In this document: piece by piece, positions 1 to 14,429 of the stretch
Position numbering within the stretch: position 1 is the first letter of the stretch
Layout of the letters: the number at the start of each line of letters is the position of its first letter
NCBI GenBank assembly: GCA_964016885.1
Contig: OZ024743.1
Span: 282,782,001 to 282,846,000 of the forward strand
Length of the DNA: 64,000 bases
Origin: Eledone cirrhosa
Lineage: Eukaryota
Reading direction: 5' to 3'
Made by a program: the position numbers and the translations under genes
The notes under the pieces: model-generated
Told to the model about the DNA's origin: nothing
The model's input: the letters and a program-made list of their open reading frames with translations, nothing else
Databases searched by the model: none

Positions 1-3000
1 GCTTCAGCAGTCTGGCCTTCAGACAGTTAGTATTATCAGCTGTTGGAAACATATATATATTAATACTTTTCTTTTTATTACAGCTAGAGTACCAAATTTC
101 CAACTGATGGTCCTGCACCTCTTTTAATCTGTATATAATCATAAAGTTCACCAAACTCATTTTTTTTAATATAAAATATGATTTACAAAGAGAAAAAGTA
201 TATAATTTAAAAACATTCATTCTTTTATGTTGAAAAGAAATCTTGTAACATCTGTAAACCCTGTTACTTACCAAACTAAAATCTTTATTACAATAAAAAC
301 TAATTTCAAATTTAATCAATTCATCATCATTTTTCTTTTCATCGTCATTTCAATGTACATTTTTTTTATTCCAAGTTGGCATGGTTAGATAAGCTAGTCT
401 CATATTGCCAGGCATCTCAATATTTTGTCATCTCATTAATGAGGCCCAACATTCCAAGATCTCACTAACAATTTCGTTTTATATGAGAATGCTTATTTGT
501 TTTTAATATCAATAAATAAAAACTACTGCAAATGCTGCCTTTCTCTCTCCTTCCCACTCAAATAAGAACACCTAAGTATTTTCCAGCTCTGGTATAAACA
601 GAAACTTTATGACAAACTGAATTTACAAAACACATTTCAGTTATTAGTATAAACCAACTACTTCTCTAGTACTTGAAATAAGTATGTATGGAACAACTTC
701 CCACCACCTGCCTCTTACACCTCTCAAACACTAAAACGTCATGCATGCCTGTGTAAGACATCTCTCTTTTGATATATATGATTACCAGCTCTTTGCCAGC
801 CATTCTTTTGCAATGATTATACCATGTTAACCTGTCTACCTATTTTCAAGCATTGTAGGCATTAATATAAATTTAGCCTAAGCATCACAGTATTATTTTC
901 ATATTTATACATTACATTCATAAGTTACCCCCTCTTCTCTAAATTGTATTTTGCAACTTTACTGTTAGAGATAAAGAACTATCATATGAACAAACCATTC
1001 AACTATTCTGTGATACAGATCAGCTAAGCTCCAAGTAAAAGTACTCAATATCATCATCGTTTTTATGTCTGCTCTTCCATGTCAGAATGAATTGAACAAT
1101 ATTTTTCTGCAGCATTCTTTGGTTGAATGTCCTTCCCAAACTTTATTTTATAAAATATGGTATATACCACATATTTTTAATTGATACACTGTCAGACACA
1201 CTGTTTAGGCAGGACATAAACACTGCTTGCTTTAAATGTTGCTAATATGAAAACACATGCAGTAAACCGACACAATCATACTCATATGAGCTTTCTTACT
1301 GTTTTCATGTGCCAAATTCACTCATAAGGCATTGGACAACACAAAGCTATGGTAGAAGATACTACACAGTTATGAAGCAAACTTAACTCCACAGCCATAT
1401 CTGTTTCATTTATTCTATGATATTCCTACACTCATACACAATTACTGATTTCATACATTGTCATATGGCTTCAAATGATAAGGGAAAATTATCATTTAAA
1501 TGAACTTTAATACATAAGTGAGTAATCAAAGACAAAATTAACAACCAGAAAAATTTGAACTTATAATGTAAAGGGGTGCAAATGCTTCAAGAAATGTTGC
1601 CCAATACAGTTTCCCCAATTCACTAGCCAAAACTAACCAATTATATACTCATTTTATTAGGACTAACATTTATTTTCTCTAATGGTATTTCAATCAATTT
1701 TTTTCTTCACTGTTTAGTCAGAGAGGAGAAGGACTATGCTTAGGACATTTTTCAGATCTTCAGAGACTGGTGGGAAGAAGGAAGATATGTTCAAACAAGA
1801 AACCTGACCTGAATACTTGCAATGTGAACTCTGCTAAAGGCAACTAAAAACCTAGTGGTTAGTATTAAACTAAGCAACAAATTGAGTTTACCACTAAAGT
1901 AGGCTACAGCAGGATTAGAATGAAAAAGCTGGAACAAATATCACACAACATCTTGTCTAATGTTTTAACATTTCAACCAACCACTAACCCTGAACTAGAA
2001 CTTAACTTTACTAACCCTGAAAGGAAGAAATGCAAAGTTAACTATGGTAAGATTTCAAAGAGCAATCAGGAATCCAACTAAAAGATACACTGAATACAGC
2101 AATTTTATATTTAATCCAACATAGATATTGAGTGATGGTGGATTATGCGTCAACATAAGATAGCAAGCTAAGCATTTGTAATAGAGAGTCGTGCTCCATT
2201 AGTGTAGCTAAGTATTATCAAATAAGACATATTTCAATTTACCTAAATGTTCCAGTCTATGTGGTAAATTGATGTTATGGTTCATACCTATGCAGTCTAA
2301 GTCGATCCCCTACAAGGTTGCATCTCGTAGGTTTCTCAGGTGTTTTAATGAGAGGGATCGCAGTCTTATCATGGAATGACACTCAACAAGACATCAATCA
2401 GTTGCTGCTACAACTCATTTTTTCTTCAGCTGAGTGAATTGGAACAATGTGAAATGAAGCATCTTGCACTGGCCAGTCCAGGAATTAAAGTATGGTAAAT
2501 TAATTTAAGTTTAGTTTGATATCATCATCATTTAATGTCCATTTTCCATGCTTGCATGAGTTAGGTTGTCATGTCGTGAGACAATTCAGGTCAGGTGACT
2601 ATATCTTGCTCATATGGATCTGTATTGAGCCTTGGTTTCTATAGCTGGATGCCCTTCCTAACACCAACCACGTTACAGTGTGAACTGGGTACTTTTTATC
2701 GTGGCACCAAAAACAATTTAACAGGATGGACTGATAAACTAAAACAGAATAGCAAATGAATCAGAGAAATTCTTATCTCATTTACTTATATCTCTGGAAA
2801 CTAGAGATATGAACAAACCTTTCAAATGTGATGCAATAGACATAGAAGTTAAACTTATATGTTATCAAGTTAACAAAAACAGAGTATAATGAGTTACAAA
2901 ACTTGCTATGTTTCTTTTAGTAAAAGAAAATGCTCTTTGTACTTTATAAAACAAAAATATATATATATAATTCAAACATCACTATTGGTATTAATATAGT

Positions 3001-5859
3001 CTAATTTCATCTTCAATGTGTTAATCACACCATATTACAATAAGGATTATTATCCAACTAACAAATACAAAAATTCACAAGAATTCTTGAAATGTTAAAT
3101 GGCAATAAATTGTACTGTAAGAAGTCTAAAGTGTCTCACAGATTTTAATACCAACACTTTCCTACTACTTCATAATACTTCATTCATAATCAGAATTCAA
3201 TACAAAGTTCTGATTTTTTAATCTAAACTGAAAAACCAAAAAATAACCCTCCACACATTAAAAGTTATCTTATCAATACATTCAAATCACAAGGTCACAG
3301 TTTTATAGCATAAAACATTTCAGCAAGAAAAGAAGTTAAGTTGAATAGATAATATTACTTTCCTTTCTGTAAGGCATACATGTCATGTTTTCTAAGTGAA
3401 ATTATTCTCCCCGAAGCTTCTGTTAAAATAAAATTCCCTCACAGCAAGATTTTAGCTCAAACATTTGAAGGTCTAGTTGTATCTATCAATGTTATTTTCC
3501 CCTAGGTCAGTTCCATGATTAAACAGTGTTTCAGCTATGATTATACCATAATTTTGTATATCTGGAGTACATTATTCAATGTGTCCTTCCTTTTTAGAGA
3601 TGTGTGTGATTTTAGGGAGTTTTAACTACTATTATGAGCAATTCAAGCAATCACATAGAGGCTTCATAATGTGTAATGCAAATCTCTAGTATCTACGACA
3701 TCCTCACCACACTAAAATAATAGCAATGTTATTTTATCTGTATTTCTACATGAGCAGCCTTCAGGCTTATTTTTCTTGAAGTAGATTACTGGAGGTTGTA
3801 AAAGAAAAAATAGAAAGCTGAACTAGAAGCTTTATGATATCTAATATATGGATTTCAAACCCTGCCATAGTTGACTGTGCTTTCCAAGGCCAATTGTAAA
3901 ATAAGTACTAGAATCAATTTGAGTCATTTTTTTATGCTAATTTAACCAAATGAGAAACCATGATTATAATGTGTGGCAGATAGTTCACATTCTGAGAAAA
4001 AGAGTTAAGATAAATTTATATCAATATCCAGTATCATAATCAAGCCAATGATAGCAAGTTCCATAACTCATATCATTGCAGCTTCACTAAAGATTTCAGA
4101 TTTCATACAAGTATCAAGGACACATCAGCTAGTTAGTGCCTAACTTTTTGCAAAGAGGTGAACTGCAAATCAACCAATCAATCCTTATTTTTACTGCTTC
4201 CATCAGCAAACAAACTATATCTCCCTCAGTAGCTATAATTAGTTAGACTGAGCTATTGAGAAGTTAAGTACCTTTGGTAGTTTTTATTATCTATTTATTT
4301 TGTATTGCTTATTCAGAGGAAACATCATTCGTGAAACATTTCAGGACCTCCTAGACTGGAGGGTGGAAATAAAATTATCCTGTAAGTAGAAACCTAACCT
4401 GAATGCTTTCAACATAGTGGACTCTGTTAAATGAACCCAAGGGCTTAAACAATTAAGTTTACAATCCAAAAATAGAAACAATCCCTCCAACAAGCTTCTA
4501 CAAAGTTTACATCTATCAAATTCCACACACAATGCAATAGCCAACCCGAGGCTATGGTAGTAGATAATTACTCAAGGTGATGTGCAGTGGGATTGAACTC
4601 AAAACCACAGAGTAGTGAAGCAAGCCTGTCAACCACTCGGCGCTGTCTGCACCCATGATATGAAACACAAACCTTTCAGCTGGTTGTTTTGCCTTGACCA
4701 GCATCTGCAACTCTAATCATTTTAATGCTATACTTCCAAAATAGAACTAGACTTAAATATCAACAGTAAATTACACTTGAAGTAGCTATTTAATCCATTA
4801 ACATGCCAGAAAAACGCTACTACTAACATGAATTTAACATCAAAGACTGGATCATTTTTTTTCTTCATGTCTTTCTGAAATAATCAAATATTTCTTACAT
4901 TGACACATTTTCTTGGGTAACTTATATAGTGGAATGCAACAATCTCTTAGTATAACTAGTGGTATTTATTTTATTGACCCTGGAGAAATGAAAAGTAAAA
5001 TTGATTTGATGGGATTTGAACACAGATCCCAAAATATAACAAAATACTTATGAATCAACTGCTAAAAGTTTAATATAAATGATGTAAGACATTATAAGAG
5101 TGGTGTATTAAAAGAATCAGTAGACTGATGGACAAAATACCTAACAGGATTTAGTTACAACTCTACATTGAGTTGAAATCTTGCCAAAATCGGCTTTGCG
5201 TTTTATCCTTCCGGGGTTGATAAAATAATCAGTCAAGTAGTGAGATTGATATAATCAACTGTTCTCCCCACAAAAAAAAATGTCTGGCCTTGTGCCTATG
5301 TAATAAAACCATACTAGATGTTATAAGCAACAATTAGAGATAATAAAAGAGCAATAGGGGACCAGATTTTTCTTTGCCTGAAATTGGTACTTATGGTGTC
5401 TAATATTTCGTAACTACATACCATTATGTATTTAGCCTAATGCTTTAACATTTCTGCTACTTAACTGCCTTTGGATTATTACATAATAAATGTAGCCAGT
5501 ACACACTATAAAATAGTTGACTTTAGGAAAGGCATCCAGTCATGTAGAATGTATTGAGCAAGACATGATCATCTGATCCACCTAGGAGGACAGTATTTCT
5601 GATTAAGAATTAATTTAGTCTGTAAAAATCTACCCAACTGATGCCAGCATGGAAAGCAGATATAAAATGATGGTGACAATGAAAGACATATTACATAAGC
5701 AATAGAAGGATGTAGTTATTAGAATTAACCATTAAAAAATTGCAGGTAATCACCGAGATGCTGTAAATACCAAGCAAAGGAAGAAATGCATGAGTAATTT
5801 GCATATTTCATCAATCAGTACAAGGAATATTATAATGAATAACCAAAATAGCAAGAAAT

Positions 5860-6380
5860 CATCAATTGTTATAAAGGCAGAGAAGATACTATAAAACAAA
5901 GAGGCATCAAATTGATGGACCAGGTTATGAATGTAAGAGTTATATAACAACTGATTTGAAAGAGAATATGCTTTGAGGAAATGTAGTTCAGATTTGTACC
6001 AGGATAGGGTATCACCAAGGCCCTCTTCATCAGTAGTAGATGCACAAGCATCATTAGCAGTGAGGGCATCCATGATATAAATTCAAATGCTCCGAAGGCA
6101 CCTTAAAAGTAGTTGAGAGCATCTGATACTAAGGTGATCTAATTAACAGAGGAGGTGGTGGATGTTTTGAAAGAATAGAAGGCAGAGGAAGAATGAAGTG
6201 TAAAAGGTTCAGGGTGCTACTATTTCTGCTAGCAACAAGAAATTCTCTCTCAGTGAAATGCAGGGGATATGCATATGAAGTACAATGTTGCATAGTAATG
6301 AAACATTGGCAGAGGATATACAAAGGCTGGACAGTAAAGATGCAATCATACTTCAATGGATGTATAATATTTATGTGAGA
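5860..6380 (+). mobile_element. Decayed RTE (PHD family) fragments
   Basis: YRGIKLMDQVM-, FRFVPG- and RFRVLLFLLA-like remnants homologous to 8931-10030. Confidence 0.6.
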
Positions 6381-7442
6381 GTATTGGATAGACAGAATTG
6401 GTAGAGCAATGGGTAAAATACCAGTGCAGTATTTGTTCAAGCTCTTTACATTCTGAGTTTAACTTCCACCAAGATCCACACTGTCTTTCATCCTTCTGGG
6501 ATCAATAAAATAAAGTACCAGTCAAGTACTGGGTTGATTTAATCAACTTTACCCTTCTCCAAAATGTGCTGGTTTTGTGTCTAATAATCAATATTTATGT
6601 GTACGAGGGACACAGCACTATTGTGCTGAGAAAAAGAGTGGGTATACAATAAATCCGATATAGTGTTGTGTAGGAAGAATGAAAGTTAGGTACAAATGTT
6701 GCCAGTAATGTAAGTAGAAAGGTCATGTAAAAGCAGAAGACATGGAAGTTGATCTCAAGAGGTTGAACTTCATTGAGGAAATAACAGCTGACTGCAACAA
6801 ATGACAATGTGTTAAAGGACCCAACCAAGCCATGCAAATATATAAAAGCAGACATAAAAGGTTGATGACAGAATACACATCATCATCATCATCATCATTG
6901 CCATTTTATAATGTTTGTATTTATCTAAAAAAAACTTTCCACTATAGCTCTATGCAAGAACCTTTATTTAGTTATGTTCCAAACACCAGCTTAAGAAGTT
7001 AGTTATATTACTAAGTCCCTTCAAATTCTTATTTTCAAAATTATTTGAAAATCATAGGCAGAGTATTTTTCAATAGAAATATGGTAACGAAAGGGTTAAA
7101 GTAAACTTCCTTGGTAGCTGTTGATCATCAGAGATTGTAAAAAAAAATATGGTTGTTATATAGTATCAAGTTATGTGTCAAGTACAGCTGAATTCAAACT
7201 CTGCTTTGTTAATAAGTACCGATTAACCAGAATTAACTTTCTCCCCCATCGCCTTATAAAAATGTTAATGTGACTCAGGGAGAAACCATTATCTGAATGT
7301 GTGTATAGAGATATCTCATTAGTAAACTAGATAAATGAATTTAAATCAATATCCACTATCACACTCACATTATGGCTTTACTATAGTTATCCCGTCCCCA
7401 ATAAACTATGTATCTTCTGATTGAAATTACTGTCAATCATTA

Positions 7443-7625
7443 GATTGGCAGTATCGGTGGAGGGTCGGACGCCATGCTTTGACACAAAGAGTTACGTCCC
7501 TTTACGATCTGAGTTCAAATCCCGCCGAGGTTAACTTTGCCTTTCATCCTTACGGGGTCGATAAAATAAAGTACCAGTAATACACTGGGTATTTGCTGGC
7601 CTTGTGTTAAAAGTAGAAACAATTA
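7443..7625 (+). mobile_element. SINE (family with ctgagttcaaatcccgccgagg...taaagtaccag core)
   Basis: B-box-like GAGTTCAAATCC. Related copies at ~5100-5310, ~6390-6585, ~8590-8735 and, inverted, ~42130-42305. Confidence 0.7.
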
Positions 7626-8927
7626 TTAAACTATTCAAATGGTTCCCAATTTAAAATTATATTACAAATATATTCATTCCTTTTGAATTGTATTTTGTGA
7701 AAAATAGCATCACTGGTTATATGTTTCTAATGGGGGGTTTCTAGGGTATTTTAATGATAGAAAGTCCCAGACCTATCATTAAAATCAACTTGAAATGAAA
7801 CATCTTGCTCAAGGACACAATGTACCATCTGGCCCTGGAATCAAACCCACAACCTTAAGGCACTGAGCCCAACACCCTAACAACTAAGCCATATGCCTTC
7901 ACATATGTATATGTGTGTGTGTATCATCACTGTTTAACGTCCATTTTCCCCACTAGCATGGGTTAGACAAGCTATCCCATTGTGGGACAAGTCAGATTAA
8001 GTGACTGTGTCTTGCTCAGACAGAACTATTTCTGGCTTGGTTTCTACAGCTGGATATGCTAATTATTTCATGAAATCCTATTTAACAATCAAAGCATTCT
8101 TAAAGTTGTTTTATAGCAAATTGTTTTAGAGAAAGGATGTAGGAATTTAGTATTGTAGAAAAGGAAATGGGTAGATAGTTACATCATATGACAACTGGTT
8201 TAGTAGTTTTCTTAGTTCTATAAACTACTACAAGGTATTGTTTTATCTCAAAACAATTCTACACATATCAATTTATCTAGCCTGACTGTTAATGTTATGG
8301 GATAGACTAACATCCTATACAAGAAAACACCTGGCTTTCATCTGTTTTGCACTGCAGAAACTAGAATTAAATTTGCTAGATTGAAGATGGATTAAGAATT
8401 GGAATGTAGGAGTGTGATGCAGTCTCCCAGCCTGTCTAAGAGGCAAGTAACTCTCTGTAATAACCCATCCATGCCAACATGAAAAGTAGATGTAACATGA
8501 TGATGATGAAAGGCAGATGATTTAAGAGCTTCAAATTAATGTAATTCACTAGCATATCTTTATGATTTTGTATATAAAGCAACAAGGCTCTGAGTTGGCA
8601 AGATCATTAGAACATCAGATGGAATGCCTTGTGGTATTTGTTCTAGCTGTTTCAGTTAGTTTAAGTCCTGCAGGGGTTAACTTTGCCTTTCACCCTATCA
8701 ATAAAAAAAAGCACTAGTCTAGAACTGGAGTCGATTATTTTTCTACATCTCTTTCTTTCTCACTTCCTCTCATTTTCTCCTCCTCCTATAGATGAAATTG
8801 GCTGTGTTCAGACCTAGATAGGAGATGAGCTCTGCCAGGTTTAAAGTGCCAAGATCAACAATGCCTCTATGGCTCCATCAGGAGTTACAAGTCCATACAT
8901 AGACATAAATATATTCTTCATTCTAAG

Positions 8928-10641
8928 GTCATGAAAGTAACAGAAAGAGTTATAGCACAGCTGATTAGGGACCGGGTGAATATAGACGAAATGCAATTTG
9001 GGTTTGTACCAGGGAAAGGCACCACTGATGCGCTCTTCCTTGTGAGGCAATTACAGGAAAAGTACCTAGCTAAAAGTAAGCCACTCTACTTGGCATTTGT
9101 CGACCTTGAGAAAGCCTTTGACAGAGTTCCACGTGCAGTAATCTGGTGGGCTCTTAGAAAACTAGGAGTAGATGAATGGCTTGTGAAAGCGGTACAAGCC
9201 ATGTATAGGGGAGCAGTCAGCAAAGTTAGGATTGGCAATGAGTATAGCGAGGAATTTAGCGTACAGGTTGGGGTCCACCAGGGCTCTGTTCTTAGCCCTC
9301 TCCTGTTCATCATAGTCCTGCAGGCAATAACGGAGGAGTTTAAGACCGGATGCCCATGGGAACTCCTGTATGCTGATGACCTCGCACTCATAGCTGAATC
9401 TATGGTAGAACTAGAGAATAAATTCCAAACCTGGAAGCAGGGACTAGAGAGAAAGGGCCTCAAAGTCAACATGACAAAGACTAAGGTCCTTATAAGTAGA
9501 CGAGAAAACAGAACCCAGATCCCCTCAGGGAAATGGCCTTGCTCAGTATGTAGGAAAGGTGTAGGTAGGAACTCCATTCTTTGCCCCAAATGCAAACAAT
9601 GGGTACACAAGAGATGTAGCGGGATCTCAGGAAGCTTAATTAAGAATGTAGGATTCACATGCAGCAGCTGTGCTGAAATAGCAAGCAAACAGCCACAGGA
9701 AACAAGTACCACCAATCTCTGGGAGGGCCCTGTAGAAACAGTAGACAGCTTCTGCTACCTAGGTGACCGAATTAGCAACGGAGGTGGGTGCTCAGAAAGT
9801 ACAATAACTAGGGTAAGAACGGGATGGAAGAAGTTTAGGGAACTACTACCACTGCTAGCTGCAAAAGGCTTCTCCCTCAGAATGAAAGGCAGACTGTATG
9901 ATGCGTGTATCCGAACAGCGATGTTGCATGGTAGTGAGACCTGGGCGCTGAAGGTGGAAGACTTACGTAGATTAGAGAGAAACGAAGCCTGCATGCTCCG
10001 ATGGATGTGTAACAGTAATATACGTGAACGACAAAGCATAAATGAATTGAGAGAGAGACTGAGCATAAGAGGAATCAAATGCTGCGTGCAGGAGAGGCGG
10101 TTACGCTGGTATGGACATGTGATGCGTATGAAGGACGACAGCTGCATAAAAAGGTGCAGAGCACTAGAAGTTGATGGAAACCGCGGAGTGGGGAGACCCA
10201 AGATGACTTGGGATGAGGTGATAAAAGCCGACCTTACCCAACTACACCTCTCAAAGTCAATGACACACGACCGTGACTTCTGGCGTCACGCAGTAATACA
10301 GGGTACCCGACCTCCCATGGGTACATGCTGAAGCATATAAACAATATGCCCCCCCCCCCCCCCCACACCGCAAGGTGGTCGTGGAGGTGCCACGGCAAAA
10401 AAGCACCCAGCCCACACTGTAAAGTGGACGTGTAGGCGCCACGAAAAAGCACCCAGCACTCACTGTAAATGAGGTTGGTGTTAGGAAGGGCATCCAGCTG
10501 TAGAAATCAAGCCAGATCAGTTCCTGTATGAGCAAGGCATGGTCAGCCGACCAGACACTGCCCACAACAGGACAACCCGTCTAACCCATGCTAGCGTGGA
10601 AGAACGGACGTAAAACGGTGATGATGATGATGATGATGATG
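8928..10641 (+). mobile_element. RTE-clade LINE, 5'-truncated and young, with an uninterrupted RT ORF
   Basis: RT motifs (QFGF, FVDLEKAFD, GVHQGSVLSP, YADD, YLG), (TGA)n 3' tail, 8-bp target-site duplication ATTCTAAG at 8920-8927 and 10642-10649. Confidence 0.95.
8931..10331 (+). CDS. RTE LINE reverse transcriptase (466 aa, endonuclease missing) with embedded PHD-type finger
   Basis: ORF track 8931..10331. YADD catalytic motif, C-x2-C...C-x2-C-x4-H-x2-C...C-x2-C insert. Confidence 0.85.
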   Translation: MKVTERVIAQLIRDRVNIDEMQFGFVPGKGTTDALFLVRQLQEKYLAKSKPLYLAFVDLEKAFDRVPRAVIWWALRKLGVDEWLVKAVQAMYRGAVSKVRIGNEYSEEFSVQVGVHQGSVLSPLLFIIVLQAITEEFKTGCPWELLYADDLALIAESMVELENKFQTWKQGLERKGLKVNMTKTKVLISRRENRTQIPSGKWPCSVCRKGVGRNSILCPKCKQWVHKRCSGISGSLIKNVGFTCSSCAEIASKQPQETSTTNLWEGPVETVDSFCYLGDRISNGGGCSESTITRVRTGWKKFRELLPLLAAKGFSLRMKGRLYDACIRTAMLHGSETWALKVEDLRRLERNEACMLRWMCNSNIRERQSINELRERLSIRGIKCCVQERRLRWYGHVMRMKDDSCIKRCRALEVDGNRGVGRPKMTWDEVIKADLTQLHLSKSMTHDRDFWRHAVIQGTRPPMGTC

Positions 10642-11249
10642 ATTCTAAGTATTATTTGGTTCACTGTTGTAAAAACTAGAAATAATTACAGCATATGATA
10701 CAAGTAGAGAAGAAGGCCATCATCTACAAGGTTAATAACCTACCTATATTGTAAAACATATCCCTGACCTTTCCTCTCTAATGTTTTTATTGATATTACA
10801 ATAAACTCTAAAGAACTTGCAGGTTTTACACCGCATCCATTTATTGCACCTGCTTCTTTTCTCTCATCACCCACACTTAACCAATATAAAGCAATTTTTC
10901 AATTTGATGACTGGTGTTGTTTTACAAAACTGTTCCATTCTTTCAACTGTGAGAACTTAATATTAATCACATCAACCTTACTCTTAACTGCTGATATCAG
11001 ATAGTATCTATTAAGTAAAGACAAAAAAAAAAAACATAAAAGGTTCATTCCTCTTAATACACAATATAAAAATATATTCCCCTTGACTAGGTTATCTGAA
11101 ACTCTAACTTCAGTTATATGCTTCCTATCCAGGGGGTGATTTGTCTCTTTTACCACGACACCATAGTTAAATCCCATCATAACTATATTTCTAATGAAAG
11201 ACATTGCCTGTGAGTTTCAAATCATTTTGAAAATAATCAGCGCAGTGCA

Positions 11250-11800
11250 CTCTACATGTGAATGGAGAAGTTGAAGTATCTCAGGGCCGTGTTCATGAGT
11301 GATAGAAGGCAGCTTCAGCATTTGGTAATCAGAGGAGAAGTATGTTTAAAAGCCAAACTCGCTACCTTCAATTTAGTATTCGTACCAACCCTTACTTATG
11401 ATCATGAATCTTGGGTAATGACCGAAAGAATGCAACTGCGAATACAAACAGCCGAAATGAGTAACATTACTCGATAGAGTGTGTAGTAGAGATCAGAGAG
11501 TCATTCCAGGTAGAGCTGCTACTTCTCCGAATTGAAAGATCACAGCCCCGATAGTATGGGCATGTGATTAGAGTGTCTCAGGGAAGGATGCAAGACAGAT
11601 TTTACAGATAAAACCAGCCAGCAGGAGACCGAGGGGTAGACCTCGAGCAAGATGGTTGGATAACATTTATGAGCTTGGCTGATCTTGCTTGGAAATCCAG
11701 CCAAATCAGTTGGAAGTGTTTGCTTCCAACAGGACCCACTGGAAGGAGTGTTTGAGGACTACCTCCATGACCCTCTCTGGAATAAGTGGGAGAAGATGAT
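11250..11800 (+). mobile_element. Decayed RTE LINE 3' fragment
   Basis: KLKYLRAVF, PTLTYDHESWVMT, YGHVIR and RPRGRPRARWLD remnants. Confidence 0.7.
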
Positions 11801-12429
11801 CAAGAATTTGGAGATTTGGAGGGCTTTAGTATAACTTTCTCGTTATTAAATTGGTGTTTGGAACATAACTTACAAGGTTCTTGCATAAAATTATGATGGA
11901 AGGCTTTTTTATTAAAGATGACTATAAACACTTTAATATAAATAACTTAGTATTGTAGAACCAGAGCAGATTTGGTATCAAAAGTGTTCAGCATCAATCT
12001 TTAATATACTCTTACAGCTCTGGTGACATTTTATAATAGTTTGCAGAGGGATAACCATTTGATATTACAAAGATATCAAAACAAGTCTTCAGTGTCTCTT
12101 CAACAATCCACTGGTTACAGAACTATTTACTACCACAAATCATAAAATGAATCAACAGACAATCTATTTACAAGAAAATCTGTTGTCCTAAAACTTTAAA
12201 CTTTGATCAACTGTATTCAAATAGTTTAACATTGAACAATCTCTACTGTTTAAAAAACTTTACTTACTAGCATTGATTACTAAAAATTAATCAGTTAAGA
12301 TTTTTTTTTTACAAGTGTATATTGTTCTAAAACTTTAAACTTTGATCAACTGTATTTAAATTAGATTCTTAAAATACAACTAAGATTAACAAAAAATGAT
12401 AGAACTGACTTGCTCACAGAAAAAGTTGT

Positions 12430-12660
12430 TTAACCATTTAGCATTTAAACCGGCCATAACCAACCAGAATTCGCTCACCTCTTTCTGTTCAAACTGGCTG
12501 TAACTGGCCACTCATGCTGATGTTAAGGTACTGTCCTCAAAATAAATAATATAAAAATCTTATAGATTCGATATTACGTGAGATAATTATGTAAGATAAA
12601 GCCTTTACTGTGAAAATACAATACTAAATATAAAGTAATGTCAATACTAAAGATTTAATA
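12430..12660. mobile_element. TTAA MITE copy
   Basis: ttaaccatttagcatttaaaccggcc... reverse complement of the 63399-63627 body. Confidence 0.7.
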
Positions 12661-14429
12661 TATCAGTCTGTAGAGTTGTACATGTATGATCAATTCTAGT
12701 TGGTATTTGTAGTATTCTTTTATGCTTTTACTGGCTTCAGTCAGTAGTCTGTGGCAATGATTCAGCACTGCCTTATAGAGAGTTAGTCAATCATATCCAC
12801 CCCCAACACTTATTTTTTCAAGCCTAGTACTTATTTTGTTGATTTAGTAAGTCACAGGACATAAACACAGGCATGAACAAGTACACAGACACATATATAT
12901 TATATATATATATAGTGGGTTTATGCAATTTCTGTCTACCGAATTTCACTCCCAAAGCATTGGTCAACCCAAAGCTGTAATAAAGGACACTTAGCTAAGG
13001 TTCCATGCATTGGAAGTGAGTGACCTGTTTAACCAACTGCCCTGCCTGCACCTATGTGTGTATTTCTAAATTTATCAAGATGTAGTGAAAATAATGTTGC
13101 TAAATCTGAAAAATCACTTGAGTTTCTAATTTGAGAAACTATTAAAAGCTAGACAGTTATAGCAGTTTCTGTGATTGGGTTACATTTCAAAGAAAATATT
13201 TAGATAAAACAGATTCATCACATAGATAAATCTTAAAGAAATAAACATTATGTTAGTAGTAGTTGAGAGCAATGAGACCTGACAAATCATTTAAACAATG
13301 GGTTTTGACCAGTTTATTCCTTAAACCTTTTGATGCCAAACTGCCCTGAATTTATTATACAAAACTGTTCATTTTAAAATGTTTATACTTATATTATAAC
13401 CTTCTATCATATTTTGCTAAGTAAAGTTCTAATCTTATTAATGAAAAATTTAGTTATTTTATTAAATTCTACATGTTTGGTTATTTTCAAAAGTTATTAA
13501 AACATAGGCTGTGTATTTCCTTATAAATACAATAATGAAAGGGTTAAAACTTATTCCAAAATTGATTGAATAATTATGGAGAGAAAACTAAACTATAGCT
13601 TCACCTACTTTACATACTAAATTTTAAACATTACAATGGTTAAATTGTAATACATAATTGACTGTAATTAAGTTTAACCCTTCTTTAACCACACCTAGTT
13701 CTATGATACAAAACTTCAGTGCATATCATTAGAAATATGGCAACGAAAAGATTAAATCCTCCTGCAATGGTCACCTTAAACTTTCAACACCCAGACTTAA
13801 TAACATACCAGTAATATGCTGGCATAGGCTGTCAAGACCTAAATTACTAAAAAGTATCTAGTTAAGACACTGGTGATATTTACGTTTTTTACAATAGTGT
13901 GAAGAGGGATAATGTTTGCCAAGCTGACTTAACATTTTGATTACTTAATACCACAACTTGAATCAGCCATCATTTTACATCCATTTTCCATGCTGGCATG
14001 GGTTGGACAAGTTGGCATAGTTCAAGAGCCACATCCTGAGCATATGTTCCATTTCTTTTGGCACCAACCACTTTACAATGTTATTGTGGCACAAGCACTA
14101 CCAGTTTCCAGTGTGTACTGGGTGCATTTTATAATGATACTGGGTACATTTTATAATGATACCACTACTAAAGAGGTTGTTAAATCCTCAACAAAACTAA
14201 AAGCTTCTATCTACCCTACATTCATCTTGATTGTCATCGTTTCATATCTATTTTCCTTGCTTGCATGGGTTAGATGGGTTGTCACATTCTGTCAGACATG
14301 TCAGATGGTTGCATCTTGCTCATAGGTTACATTTCTGGCATGGATTCTATGACTGGATGCCTTTTCTAAAGCTAACAACTTCAGAGGGTTTACTGGGTAT
14401 ATGTTATGGTGGCACCACCAGTATCACCT

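Noticed and set aside
9086-10201. Antisense ORFs of 209 and 148 aa
   Set aside because: Shadow frames of the RT ORF
12183-12365. ~40-bp direct repeat at 140-bp spacing
   Set aside because: AT-rich local duplication with no boxes or structure
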